Positions 1 to 11,648 of a stretch of 64,000 bases of DNA are shown here, one piece after another (the first letter of the stretch is position 1; every line of letters begins with the position of its first letter). A model generated the notes under the pieces. That model saw nothing but the letters and a program-made list of their open reading frames with translations. It had not been told where the DNA came from and ran no database searches. The position numbers and the translations under genes are program-made. Origin of the DNA: Azolla caroliniana (taxonomy: Eukaryota > Plantae > Polypodiophyta); assembly GCA_043228905.1 (NCBI GenBank), contig JBHGNT010000014.1:10478001-10542000 (forward strand). Direction: 5' to 3'.

Positions 1-256
1 CAACAACGCTACTGGATGAACCCCAAATATGCAGCAAAAGTTAAGGATGAAATCGACAAATTGTTACGGGTAGGGTTCATCCGACCGGCCAAGAAGGCGA
101 CCTGGCTGAGTCCGATAGTCATGTACCGAAAAAGAACGGAAAAATTAGGATATGTGTCGACTACCAAAAGTTGAATGCGGCAACGGTAACTGACGCCTTC
201 CCACTCCCTTCTACAGATGGAGTCTTGGATGCGGTAGCCGGTCACGAAGTTTATAG

Positions 257-773
257 TGTTAGGCGGCAGGTCCCTTTGGATGGGAAGTAAGAAGAACCGT
301 GTTGATGAGAAACTTGGCCAACGCCGATAGGCCGAGGCCGAAACCAGAAATCGTGGAGATAGCCAACACGGAAGGGCGAAACTTGTAAATAGTCGGAAGG
401 TTACATTGGTATATAAGTACTTAGGGCAATCATGTTATGTGTGTGTATTATTTTAAAGTTACTGTTGTCGAGGTTGTGGTCTCTGTAACGGTGAGAGTGA
501 AGGAGTGTGAGTGGAAGCGTGTGAGCTCCATAGCCGCCTGTTGGCGAAGCAGGATCTCGAGGTCGTTGCCTCTGAGATTTCTGATTGTATTTCTTTCTCT
601 CATAGTGTTTTGTTTCGAAGTTTGTGGACTCCACGTGGTTTTATTCCCAGTTTGGGTTTCCACGTTAAAATTTGTGTCATTCTCAGTTTCTGTATTCTGA
701 TTTTCCTCTCCATTAGATTGACTATTATTCTGCACACGCGAACCGGTTGTGGCCGGCAACGATTTTAACTACA
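257..773 (+). mobile_element. Solo LTR (Copia-related) inserted in the RT region
   Basis: Termini TGTTAG...CTACA; 5-bp TSD TATAG at 252-256 and 774-778; splits GHEVYS|FLDG; shares motifs (ggtccct..ggatggg, tttccacgttaa, ggttgtggcc) with the Copia LTR at 58760-59400. Confidence 0.88.
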
Positions 774-3059
774 TATAGTTTCCTAGACGGATTCAACAGC
801 TACAATCAGATCCAGATGCACCCCGATGACCAAGACAAAACCGCTTTTGTTACCGAATGGGGAGTATTTGTCATCGTAGTCATGATGTTCGGACTTAAAA
901 CGGCGCCGGGAACCTTCCAGCGGATAATCATGGAGATTTTCGGAGAATTTATTCCAACATTCATGCAGGTGTTCCTAGACGATTTCGCCGTGTACAGCCA
1001 GGAAGGGGAACACCTCCAATACCTTTGACTATGTCTTGAGAAATGTAGGGTTTACCGGTTAAGCCTTAACCCGGTGAAATGCGTGTTCGGTGTGTCAAGC
1101 GGTGCATTACTAGGCCACATTGTTAGCAAGGACGGTATTGCCGTAGACCCGGACAAGGTCAAAGCAATTTTGGAGGCACCGGCACCCACCACGGCGAAAG
1201 CATTGAGTTGGTTCCTAGGACAAATCCGGTGGCATAGCCGGAGGCTCCGGTATCTGGCAGACCTGGCCACACCATTGCATGCGGCGGTGCACCGAACACT
1301 GTTTCAATGGACGGACACAGACGAGCAAGTGTACTCGGCACTAAAAGTACTAGTATCACAAGCACCGGTGGTGCAACCCCCGGATTGGTCTAAAGAATTC
1401 CACGTATTTGTAGACGCATCTGACATAGCAATTGGGAGCGCATTAATGCAGCTTACCGAACCGAAGTGGTACTGGCCCGTGTATTATGCCAGCCGGAAGC
1501 TGTCCCAGGCGGAACGTAATTACTCAACAATGGAAAGAGAAGCCTTGGGCATGATCTACAACGTCACCAAGTTCCGACACTATCTATTGGGGAGGAAATT
1601 TTCCTTTCATGTAGACCATTCGGAGCTACTTTACTTGGTTTCGAAAGCATCACTCACGAGTAAGCTGGCCCGGTGGATGTTATTATTACAGGAATTTGAG
1701 TTCAAGATATTTTACCGGCCAAGCATACAACATGCGGTTGCGGATTATTTGAGCCAGTTAGACTCCTGTGAAACCGGTGACGGAGTCCCAGATGAGTTTC
1801 CGGATGCAGAGTTGTTTAGGGTCACAACAGAAACAACAATAGATGGTACGGTCGCCGAGGAGGACAAGTGGCTCACTAACATGGACCAATTCCTGAGCAC
1901 CGAATTACCTTCAGAGGAGATGAATAGAGACGAACGGAAACGATTAGCAGTACAAAGTCGGCACTTCTACCTAGTGCAGGACACACTGTACCATAAAGGC
2001 GCGGATGGCATATGGCGGTGCGCGGTGCGCAGCAACGAAAAAGGCCAAATATTGCGCCAAGCACACTGCGGCGTTGCCAGAGGGCATTATGTTGGGGACG
2101 CTACGGCAAGGAAAATATGGCAGAGTGGCCTATGGTGGTAGAAAACATTAAAAGACGTCATCCGCTATGCTAAAGAATGCGATTTATGTCAGTGGATGGG
2201 CCAACCAACAGAATAGGCAAGGATGCCTCACCAACTAGTGCTGCCATTGGAACCATTTCAGAAATGGGGGCTGGACTTCGTCGGCCCATTTAAACCACCA
2301 GCAATGAGAACTGGCAACTGATACGTGATTGTCGCCACGGACTACTGCACCAAGTGGGTGGAGGCCAAAGCACTATGTGACAACACCGCGACATCCACGA
2401 CAAAGTTTTTATATGAATATATTTGGTGCCGGTATGGATGTCTGATCGAGCTAATTAGTGACCAAGGTTGGCATTTCCTAGGACAAGTGGTGGAGAGCTT
2501 GACGACATTCTATGTGGTGGTGCACAAGCGAAGCACTCCGTATTATCCGCAAGCCAACGGATTAGCCGAATCCACAAATAAGATTCTACAAAACATCCTG
2601 CGGAAAATTGTCAATGAGAACCGGACGGATTGGGATACAAAGCTGCAGAGTGCACTCTGGGCCTACCGGAGAACATATAAGACAAGTATCCGGACAACGC
2701 CGTTTTGATTAGCATTCGGATTGGAAGCAGTAATGCCGATCGATTTCTAGGTTCCTAGTTTGCGGTTACAGGTTCGGGAACGCCTAAACGAGGAGTCGGA
2801 AAAAATCCGGCTAGCAGCACTATGCGAACTAGAGGAACACCAGATAGCCAGCCTGATGCACATGGAACTAGAGCAACGGAGAAGGAAAGCGTTCGTCGAT
2901 CGACACCGGAAAGGTAACGAAAAAATGTTCGAGGTCGGCAAGCCGGTACTTGTCTTCCAGACTCGGATGGGTAAGATGACGCGGAAGCTATGGTTTCGGT
3001 GGACCAGACCATATTGTATTACACGAGAGTTCAACGGTTCCTACCAGCTAGGGACACGT

Positions 3060-3702
3060 TGTCGAGGTATTCCTCGCGGATGCGTGGAATGAGGCGGGCC
3101 TCGGGGGTCTTGTACCGAAGAGCAAGAGACAAAGGAGAAGCGAAGGGACCCACTACGTGTGGGCGTAGATTCACAGGGACACGGCCCTTCGACACAAAGA
3201 CACGAGTGAGACACCGACGCAGAGAGACACGAATGTATGTATATATATATTAACAAGGACAAACAACAAGAAGCCCGAAGTCGGTTACAACCGAACAGGC
3301 CGGCGAACAGATGCCGTTGCCTGTTCGTAAACGCTCAGAAAGAAAGGAGTAGGTTGGAGGTGTTGCCGGAAGCACTCGGGCATTCCTCAGAGCAGCGCGA
3401 GCCACCCGAAAACCTGCACAGGAAGAAGCTACGGAGTATGGAAGAGAGACAAGCCTTCGGCCGACAACCCGACAGCACTTCGTCCTCTCTAACCGCGATC
3501 CTCTCCTCCTCCTCGTCTCCCCCCTTTTATAGGCAAGAAAGGAGTCGTTCCCCATGAACTTCCTTCCTACCGAATCTACCTACCTAGGATCTTCTATGTA
3601 CCTAATTCTCTCTTATGTACAACATAAGGCGCACGTGCATGAAGAGCCGGTTCCTACGCTCCGGTGCACCGATTCCGCTTGTGGACAGTTTTCTTCACGA
3701 CA
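3060..3702 (-). mobile_element. Solo LTR of the TGTCG...CGACA Gypsy group
   Basis: Termini TGTCGAGG...TTCTTCACGACA; interrupts the integrase C-terminus (YQLGT|AGE); degenerate 4-bp TSD ACGT/ATGC. Confidence 0.8.
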
Positions 3703-4152
3703 ATGCGCTGGAGAAGGTATGGGTAAATGGGTCAATGGGTTTCGACTCAAACCATACTATGGACCCATGCCAAGAAACCTGTTTGAGCATACAAGGGCTG
3801 ACACTGAACCGGACACCGGTAAGCACGACAAGAGGATAACCGGTCAGGCAATCGGTAAGCACGAAACAGGTGAAAGGGACCACAATCCGGAGATGGGTCC
3901 ATTTGGGCTGGACATGGATTAACAAGATCGAATTTTAAAAAAAACGAAAAAGAAAAAGAAAAAGTGAAAAAAAAAAATAAAAAAAAATCAAGTAAGATCC
4001 AATCAAACCCAAATCATACGATGGTGAGGAGCAAACGACCACATGCAATGACAAGGAGTGAAGGGGCACTTTGAAAAGACAAGTAGTGGGCTATTTATAG
4101 CACATTATAGTACACGACATGCACATGCGCAAGAATCGAGAAAGGCGCCAAC

Positions 4153-6770
4153 ATGCAGAAAGAAAACCTACACCACATGGAGGCCTTCTCATTTCGCGAA
4201 TAGAGAATTGCAAACGCACACAGGCGATTAAAGATAATCAAACGCGAGCACCCAGAGCCCACTAATGCACCTACCTCACTAGCAACCACCGATTCAGAAG
4301 GAGAAATGGACTGCATGGCACTCTCTGAGGCAGCCAAGAAGTGGTTGAAGCAACACGGATTGGAAGGATTCTTGAGGATCATGGACACACCACCCTAAAC
4401 CCTAAACCCTAAACCCTAAACAACTTCAAAACGGCAACAACTAGGCAACCAAAGAGAAGGAGGCCAACACTGAAAAAATGGCGAAAAAGCGGCCTAACCA
4501 GGTGGAAACGCAAGAGGAAACACCGGCACGACCAATAAAGATTACGTTGAACCAGCCAGGTCAACAGGAACCAAAGCCCATGGAAATGAAAATCAATCTT
4601 GGGACTCAAGAGGAGGAAACAGCGGAGGAGCCCAATGAGCACCTCCAGTGGCGCCAGAAGAAGTGCACTACAGACCATGCCAGGGAGCAATCGGGTCCAG
4701 GGAAGGATAGGACGTTGATACCCCGCACGGAGGGCCCAGAGCCAAGGGCGGAATCGAAACCGGTTCGAACAGAACCGGTCACAAAATTCCCTGCGCAGCA
4801 GGCTACGCCGGGGGTCAGGATATAACAAGATCCGTGATTCAGAAGCCGGTGATTCACTTGTCTACACCACCGGCACACCAAGACCAACCAGAGCCGGAAT
4901 GGCCAACTGAGGCACAACTAGAGCCGGAACTGCCAAGTGGTAACCAACCAGAGCTAGAGTTGCCAATTGACGTAACCAGACAAGATCAGCCACTGGCAAG
5001 CGCAGAAATCGGCCAAACCTCCACACAGACACAACAACAAGGCACTGACAGCCAATGGTTATGGTGGATCGTTGATAAAATAGCCGGACTAGTCCATTAT
5101 ATGGAGGCAGAAGAGAAAGCAAAATTGGACTGGTTGCTAGCCACAACCGGAGAATTGGAAAAGGCCCGGTCAAGGATCCAGAGCTTGGAACAAGATTTGG
5201 CTAAGATGGTCATAACAGGACCCCGGGAACAAGAACCGATGGCTTCGGTACATGTACAGAATAATGTGACGCTGACAACTATAAATAATCTTCAAACCCC
5301 GGTGACAGAAACAATCCTGGAAACAATTACAGCGTAAGCACAAGAGCTTGCCGTTCTCAAAGAAGACCTGGCCGCACAGGAAGCATTACAGGTCAGGGAA
5401 AGAGAATTAAAATTGGCGGCAAAGGAGGAACAACGGAAGACTGCCGACAACCTCCGCCGAGCAGAAGAAAGCCTATGGAAGGGACACCAAGCCTATGACC
5501 CGCTTAAGGAAGAGAAAAAATTGCTGCAAGAGAAGGATAAACTCCAAAGGATGGTGGAAACAGAGATAGAGAGGCTCAAAGAAGAGCTTCGGCAGCAAAA
5601 GGATAGGGAAGACCGAGCTCGCCGCCAAGTCAATCTGAAGTTGAAGCAGAAAACAGAAGATTTTGACCGCCTGCACCGGGATTATAAACATGTTGAGATG
5701 GAATAAAAGAAGCTCATCACCGACAACGACTGGCAGTAGGAGAAGATGTTCGAGCTCCAGAACGAAGTGCAACGGGCGAAGACGGCACTAACAGAAGAAC
5801 GGGTTGAGAAGGAAACCATACGAGCTGAAGCGATGCAGGAACGCCTGGAACTCTAGAAGCAACATCATGCGGAAACGGAACGTGCCACCATGGTCTTACA
5901 AAGAGTGCAGACAACTTATCAGAATCAACTGGTGCGCTACAAGGACTAGGAGGTGGTAACTGCGAACGTGATCAAACAATTGAAAGATGAACGGCAAGCC
6001 GCAGAAAACAAATCAAAGATGGGGTTGGAGCGGATCCAGTGCATTGTACAAACATAGAAGAATCGAACGAAGCGCTTGATTATGGTGGTCGAAATGGGCG
6101 AAGCATGCTGTCGAGCTATAGTTGTTGAGGGCGGATGCAAAAAACCAGCAAAGGGAAGGGGATGAGTTCAATCAGCTGGAAAAGGAAGAGTTTGTTGCCG
6201 TGAAAGATGAATTGGCAGACGACTTTGTAGCGTTGGCTGATGAACATATAGTAGTGGTCAGGCAACTAGTAACACAATTGGACGATGATCGGCTGGATAA
6301 CCAAATCCGGTTTGAAAGTTACGAAAAGGAGAGGCTACGGCAAGAGGTGACAAAGAGCGTGGCAACAATCAATCTTAGTGATGAAGAGCCATCGTCGGAG
6401 CCAAGGACAGACAGAGGCAAGGCTGGGACAAGCCAACCGGATTTAACTCAGGAGGAGCAGCCAAGGGAGGAATATCCGCAACAACCGCCGGTACCGGGAG
6501 CCAGACAATAGTTATCGGAGGAGCAACGCCCAGAAGAGCAGGAGACTGCGCAGCAGTAGGAGCAACGCCCAGAAGAGCCGGAGATCGCGCAACACCAGGA
6601 GCAATGTCCAAAAGAGCCGGAGATCGCGTAGCAACAGGAGCAACAGCAACAACCAATGGAACAACAGCCGAAGCAACGACCACAGCCCACAGAGCAGCAG
6701 CAAGAGGAGCAGCAGCAATAACAACAGTCCGATCAACTTTCCGACTAACCCTTACAGCCCCTCGATCAAA
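4153..6770 (+). pseudogene. Decayed extra ORF downstream of pol (Pro/Glu-rich, long coiled coil, Gln-rich tail)
   Basis: ORF fragments 4478-4825, 4834-5337, 5413-5706, 6122-6511 are colinear with minus-strand fragments at 38325-40507 (SQWLWWIVDKIAGLVHYMEAEEKA vs SQWLRWIGERIARVVGYVEAEERA). Ends approximate. Confidence 0.75.
4393..4420 (-). repeat. Interstitial plant telomeric repeat (TTTAGGG)4
   Basis: Four perfect CCCTAAA units on the + strand. Confidence 0.9.
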
Positions 6771-7649
6771 ACATTCTGGATATTTCGAACAAGGATTGAA
6801 GGCCAGATAGTGGGATTCAACGTACAAGGTACTGCCCCACAGGCGTGCCCGGAGTAAAGAAGGCGCTCATATCGACGAGTGAAAAACTTCGACACACTTT
6901 AAGAGAGAAGAGTCCCGTCACTCGGCTCGGCTACAAAAACTACATGGCCCATCACTATGGCTTTGCGCTGAAGGTAGTGGCCGAACAAGAGCCCAAGAGC
7001 TCCACCGAAGCGGCTCGTAACCCACGATGGGTGGAAGTAGTCGACCTTCATCGACACACTATAAGCCTTCGTCACCAGCTTGAGGGGGAGGAACCGAGAT
7101 TGCCACAGCAAAGAAAGTAGAACGCCGACGAAAGCCAAAGTGGATGTCGGACGCCTCACACTTGAGGTTGAGGGGGCGTGTTGAGAGATCAAGCTCAATT
7201 TAGTTTAGTTACTTAGTCTACCATGTAACTTCGTAGTTACCTAGATAGAATCTAGTTAGAAGTGTTGACTATAACACCTTAAATAAGACCTTCTACTTAA
7301 CTGGGATATTCTAGATCCTCCACTCCTAAGTACATTTATAAAACGACTTACACTTTTGTACCTATATTATCCTCACACATGTGCACCCTTGCACATGAGC
7401 TCTATATATACCTCATTGTAGGTATTTTTGTTTTTCATGATGATAATGCTAATTTAATATAGAGTTAATCATCCCCCATCTTCTGTTGCTCATAAGTGTA
7501 CTTTCCTCGACGAGTTTCGTGGGTGGGTTCTTTTGGTGTGCTCGTCCCGTGCTACAAAATGCCGATGTGATTGCGACACACACAAAAACTCGGCTAAGTC
7601 TCGAACCCATTTATTTATTTTACCTTCTTTTTTTCTTATTGACACCACA

Positions 7650-8462
7650 ATGACGTCTAGACGGACTAAGGAACTTAAGGATATACAAGACGAGGCTATA
7701 AGTAAGGAGGACTTTTTAGATATGTTTAATCGTTTAACAAAAATAGAGATGGATATGAAAAAATGGGCGAAAGACACCGAAACCTACAAGAAAAAAGATA
7801 GAGAGGAAAAAGACGCCCTCAAGGCCGAAATCGAACAACTTAAAATAGAAAACATCGACCTTAAAAAACAACTTAAGGACATCGAGGTATCTCGAGAAGA
7901 CGGTGAAATATCCTCTATAGAGGATATAAAGGACGAAATTAAAAAAGTTAAAGAGGAAGTTAATAATAACATAGAGTTAGCTAAAACGGGTTGGGTAGAT
8001 GTGGTTAAGAGAAACATTAAAAAAGAAATAAAAGATGAAAATATTGTTAACACCACCCTTGAAGAAGAGAAAATGCGTCAGGCCCGACGCTTAAATGTAC
8101 GTGTCACTGGGCTCAAGGAAGGTGCATCCCCAAATGAGGACGCACAAACACTTGGGAAAATGTTAGGGTACACAGAGGCCCTACCTATCACCAAAGCATG
8201 GAGGGCCGGGCGTGACACAACTAGGAAGAGAGCCTTAGTCCTTCAATTTAAAGACTTAGACTCTAGAATCACTTTCTTTAAGAAGAGACCAATCCTTCGA
8301 GGAATGGATGGGGACCCCATCTATCTCGATGAAGACCTCACTAAGATGCAAATTGAGCATCGCAAGAGTTGTATGCCACGAGTTATGCAAGCTCGTAAAG
8401 AAGGCCATCGCGCCTTTTACCGAGACGGGCGAGTGATCATAAATGATCGCACTACTAACTGA
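7650..8462 (+). CDS. LINE ORF1 protein (coiled coil plus RRM/CTD-like region)
   Basis: Open from ATG 7650; K/E-rich coiled coil followed by RRLNVRVTGLKE and IYLDEDLTKMQ, typical of LINE ORF1 proteins. Confidence 0.85.
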   Translation: MTSRRTKELKDIQDEAISKEDFLDMFNRLTKIEMDMKKWAKDTETYKKKDREEKDALKAEIEQLKIENIDLKKQLKDIEVSREDGEISSIEDIKDEIKKVKEEVNNNIELAKTGWVDVVKRNIKKEIKDENIVNTTLEEEKMRQARRLNVRVTGLKEGASPNEDAQTLGKMLGYTEALPITKAWRAGRDTTRKRALVLQFKDLDSRITFFKKRPILRGMDGDPIYLDEDLTKMQIEHRKSCMPRVMQARKEGHRAFYRDGRVIINDRTTN

Positions 8463-8468
8463 CGGCGT

Positions 8469-11400
8469 GTGGCCCATGTGACAGAAAATGCACTTAGGAT
8501 GACCCTATGGAATTGTAATGGCGCACTTTGGGCACACCCCGGCCGCCTAGAGGAGATACTAAAGGTATCTGATATACTCTTCTTGGTAGAAACACATCAG
8601 AGCCCAAATAGAGGACTCCCACGGGTCGAAGGATTCCGTTGGGAGTCCGCTTTTAGACAAACCTCACGTCGACACACTACTAGGGGATCTGGAGGTGTCG
8701 CGATACTATTTCGTAGAGAGCTACATAATAGGATAGAAATAATGAAGATAGACCCAGAAGCTCGTTTTATGTGGGTGAAAGTCTCCACAAGCAAAGACCA
8801 TGCAGTATTTTTCGCCATTTGTTACTTTCCCCCAAAAGGATCCCGTTATAATATTAGTGGCTTGACGAGATTAGTCGATGAAGGAATGACACATGGGCCT
8901 TCTCCATACGAACCCCTATCGGATGACATAATCCGATATTCTTCCCAAGGAGAAGTATTTCTTGTAGGAGACTTCAATGCGAGAACCCAATCCCGACAAT
9001 GCACAGTATTTCAGATGAATAGAAACCTAGAAATGGTAAATGTTGATCCTTTAGACATAGGCACCACACGTAGATCAAAGGATCAAGGTGCGGACGCCAC
9101 GAGCTTTGGCCATCACCTGCTCGAACTTGGCAGTCGGCACCAGATGGTCATATATAATGGTTTAGCTAAGTGGCCGGGCTCGGAAGAGCTCACATGTTTC
9201 CCACATGGAGGAGGGGAAAGCACAGTTGACTATCTAATAGGGCGCCCGACAGCTACCGACTTGATTAACTCCTTCCGAGTGGCCCCATGCCCTATTGGCG
9301 CAGACCATAGCTTCTTATACTTCGAGCTAAAATGTGATATCTCTAAGGTCACCAAGTCTAGTCAACCATGCCATCACACCACAATACATTTCACACATGA
9401 GCTCTCTGACATATACTCTCAACATGTTCAGGCCCATCTCCCCTCCATTGATCCCTCTCTACCGTTAGAAAGCCTTAGTACGAAACTCACACACATCCTT
9501 CACTCCGCAGCAGCTAGCAGTTTCCCATATACAAAACACTCAAATCAAGGTAGATCAGGATCAATGCCACAAAATAAATGGTATGACGAGGATTGTAGGG
9601 ACCTACATAGACAACTTACAGTATCGCAACTCAAGGGTAGTATTACCTCCACACAAGCTCGCAAAGAAATGCGTAAGATGACACGTCGTAAGAGACGAGC
9701 GTGGGAGGCATCCCAATACTGGGAACTCTACCATATGCTCATGAGTAGCGATTGCGCCACGGCATGGAAGAGACTACGGGAGCCAAGACCACAAACACCC
9801 ATCGAAGATCCCGAAACTTGGCACACATATACAGAGAGACTTTACCAAATCCCAAACCAACCACCTTTTCCAATGCCTTCCACACCCCGGCCTACCACGG
9901 GGACACTTTTCACGACCTCTAGGGTCATGAAGGTCATAAAGAAATTACAACATAGGAAGTCCATGGACCACACAGGATTGCGAGCAGAACACATTATATA
10001 TGCGAGAGAGTGCCTAGCTCCCCTGCTAACTCTAATCTTCAATCGTGCCCTTGCGGAGGGTTTTCCACCACAATGGACTATGAATACAGTGACCCCCATA
10101 CATAAAGGGGGGGACCCCATGGACCCAAATACATATAGGACCATTATGATAGGCCATACCTTTGCTAAGTTATATGGTGCAGTAATGGAAGCAGAGCTTA
10201 GCGACTACATGGAGACCCTAAACCTTCGTGCACCTGAACAAGCTGGCTTTAGACGAGCCTTCTCCACTATTGATCACATCTTCACACTTAGATGCCTAAT
10301 TGACCAAACTAGGGCTCGCAAGAAGAGATTATATTGTTGTTTTGTGGACTTCCGCAAAGCCTTTGACACAGTCCCTAGAGATCGGTTGTCTGATAGACTT
10401 AAAAGCTTGAGGATACCAGATGATATGGTATGGGCCATCTACGCACTATATGAACAAGTGTCCGGGTGTGTCCGATGCCCAGGTGGCCTATCCAATCGTT
10501 TCACTAGCACTATTGGTGTAAAACAAGGTTGCCCCCTATCACCGACGCTTTTTGGGATTTACATTGATGAGATCACAGATTTTATTGCTCGTGAGGGAGG
10601 CACCGGAGTGGTCCTTGGGGATACGCAGGTTCGTATCTTGCTCTATGCGGATGACATAGTTTTGCTCTCTGAATCCGAACACGACCTACAGAGGCACCTC
10701 AATGCCTTAGATGACTTTTGTGTACAACGAGGATTGGTAGTGAATCTAGGGAAAACGAAAGTCCTTATCTTCCACACATCGGCCCAAGTTAGAGCTAAGT
10801 GTCACCTAACTATCTCCCATAGCCCAGTCGAGGTGGTTGGATCGTACGTATATCTCGGAGTCACTTTTAGTGCCCGCTCAGGTAAATTTTCGATGACACA
10901 GGCAGCGAAGGATAGACTCACGAGAGGACATGCATCCCTCTCACTCCTAGAGAGACAATGCCACCAAGCACACTTTCAAGAGCCACGGACTAAAGGGTGG
11001 CTCTTTGACTCATTAGTGACCCCCTCCCTCATGTATGCATCTGCGGTTTGGGCTCCAGGATTACCATCCTTCATGTGGACGCAATTAGAGAGACCATTGG
11101 TGATGATGCTATCACGCCAACTTCGAAGCAAATCGACTGTACCACATGACATTATTAGGGCCGAGTTCACGTTACCCCCAATGCTAGTAGAGGCACTTTT
11201 TCAACTTGTAGTCTTTATTGATAGGATACATAGCCAACCACATGATAGAATATCTCATCAAGCCTTTAAGGCCTCTCGATCATTGTATGAGTCCGGCTAT
11301 ACTAGCTCATGGTATGGCATGATGGTGACTTGGCTTCTTGCGAATGGTCTAGACATTAATAACCTACCTCCCCTTAGGTACAACCACACGAGTGATAACA

Positions 11401-11648
11401 CCTTAATCTCTCATGAGAACCGCAATAAAGTAATACGCCAAGAAATATGGCAAATTTACACTCGGTGTAAATGGATCACCCCACTAGAGCCACTCCCATC
11501 TAAAATGTCGTACTATAAGAAACACTTCATGCACTTCTCTGAGTTAGGTTTTATCACACGGCCAAAATATCTAGATGTATTCTTACCACATGCACTAAGG
11601 GTTGCCATAGGACAACTTAGAATATCATCTCACCAACTTGAGATATGA
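8469..11648 (+). CDS. LINE ORF2: APE endonuclease plus reverse transcriptase; frame continues past TGA 11646 into a Cys/His motif
   Basis: WNCNG, LVETH, GDFNAR, STVDY, ADH (EN); QAGFR, FVDFRKAFD, GVKQGCPLSP, LLYADD, YLG (RT). After the stop the same frame reads NGR..EERICRLCHIEIEDEYHFTCKCPTY. Confidence 0.93.
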   Translation: MAHVTENALRMTLWNCNGALWAHPGRLEEILKVSDILFLVETHQSPNRGLPRVEGFRWESAFRQTSRRHTTRGSGGVAILFRRELHNRIEIMKIDPEARFMWVKVSTSKDHAVFFAICYFPPKGSRYNISGLTRLVDEGMTHGPSPYEPLSDDIIRYSSQGEVFLVGDFNARTQSRQCTVFQMNRNLEMVNVDPLDIGTTRRSKDQGADATSFGHHLLELGSRHQMVIYNGLAKWPGSEELTCFPHGGGESTVDYLIGRPTATDLINSFRVAPCPIGADHSFLYFELKCDISKVTKSSQPCHHTTIHFTHELSDIYSQHVQAHLPSIDPSLPLESLSTKLTHILHSAAASSFPYTKHSNQGRSGSMPQNKWYDEDCRDLHRQLTVSQLKGSITSTQARKEMRKMTRRKRRAWEASQYWELYHMLMSSDCATAWKRLREPRPQTPIEDPETWHTYTERLYQIPNQPPFPMPSTPRPTTGTLFTTSRVMKVIKKLQHRKSMDHTGLRAEHIIYARECLAPLLTLIFNRALAEGFPPQWTMNTVTPIHKGGDPMDPNTYRTIMIGHTFAKLYGAVMEAELSDYMETLNLRAPEQAGFRRAFSTIDHIFTLRCLIDQTRARKKRLYCCFVDFRKAFDTVPRDRLSDRLKSLRIPDDMVWAIYALYEQVSGCVRCPGGLSNRFTSTIGVKQGCPLSPTLFGIYIDEITDFIAREGGTGVVLGDTQVRILLYADDIVLLSESEHDLQRHLNALDDFCVQRGLVVNLGKTKVLIFHTSAQVRAKCHLTISHSPVEVVGSYVYLGVTFSARSGKFSMTQAAKDRLTRGHASLSLLERQCHQAHFQEPRTKGWLFDSLVTPSLMYASAVWAPGLPSFMWTQLERPLVMMLSRQLRSKSTVPHDIIRAEFTLPPMLVEALFQLVVFIDRIHSQPHDRISHQAFKASRSLYESGYTSSWYGMMVTWLLANGLDINNLPPLRYNHTSDNTLISHENRNKVIRQEIWQIYTRCKWITPLEPLPSKMSYYKKHFMHFSELGFITRPKYLDVFLPHALRVAIGQLRISSHQLEI

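Larger units (their letters stand above)
1..3922 (+). pseudogene. pol: Gypsy pol (RT-RNaseH-integrase), disrupted by stops and two solo-LTR insertions
   Basis: Motifs YSFLDGF..YNQI, MFGLK, FLDDF, FHVFVDASDIAIG, NYSTMEREALG, ATDYCTKWVEA, YPQANGLAE, KWVNGFRLKPY in ORFs 747-1028, 1074-2141, 2325-2708, 2760-3092, 3554-3922. Confidence 0.93.
1..6849 (+). mobile_element. Ty3/Gypsy (non-chromovirus-like) retrotransposon internal region: decayed pol plus downstream extra ORF; 3' LTR lost
   Basis: RT, RNase H and integrase motifs occur in Gypsy order. The 3' end (6801-6849) matches the sequence just inside the 3' LTR of the related element (38143-38192, minus). Confidence 0.9.

Noticed and set aside
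4153-6770. env gene or captured host SMC/myosin gene
   Set aside because: No signal peptide, transmembrane segment or ATPase motif seen; coiled-coil character alone is uninformative.
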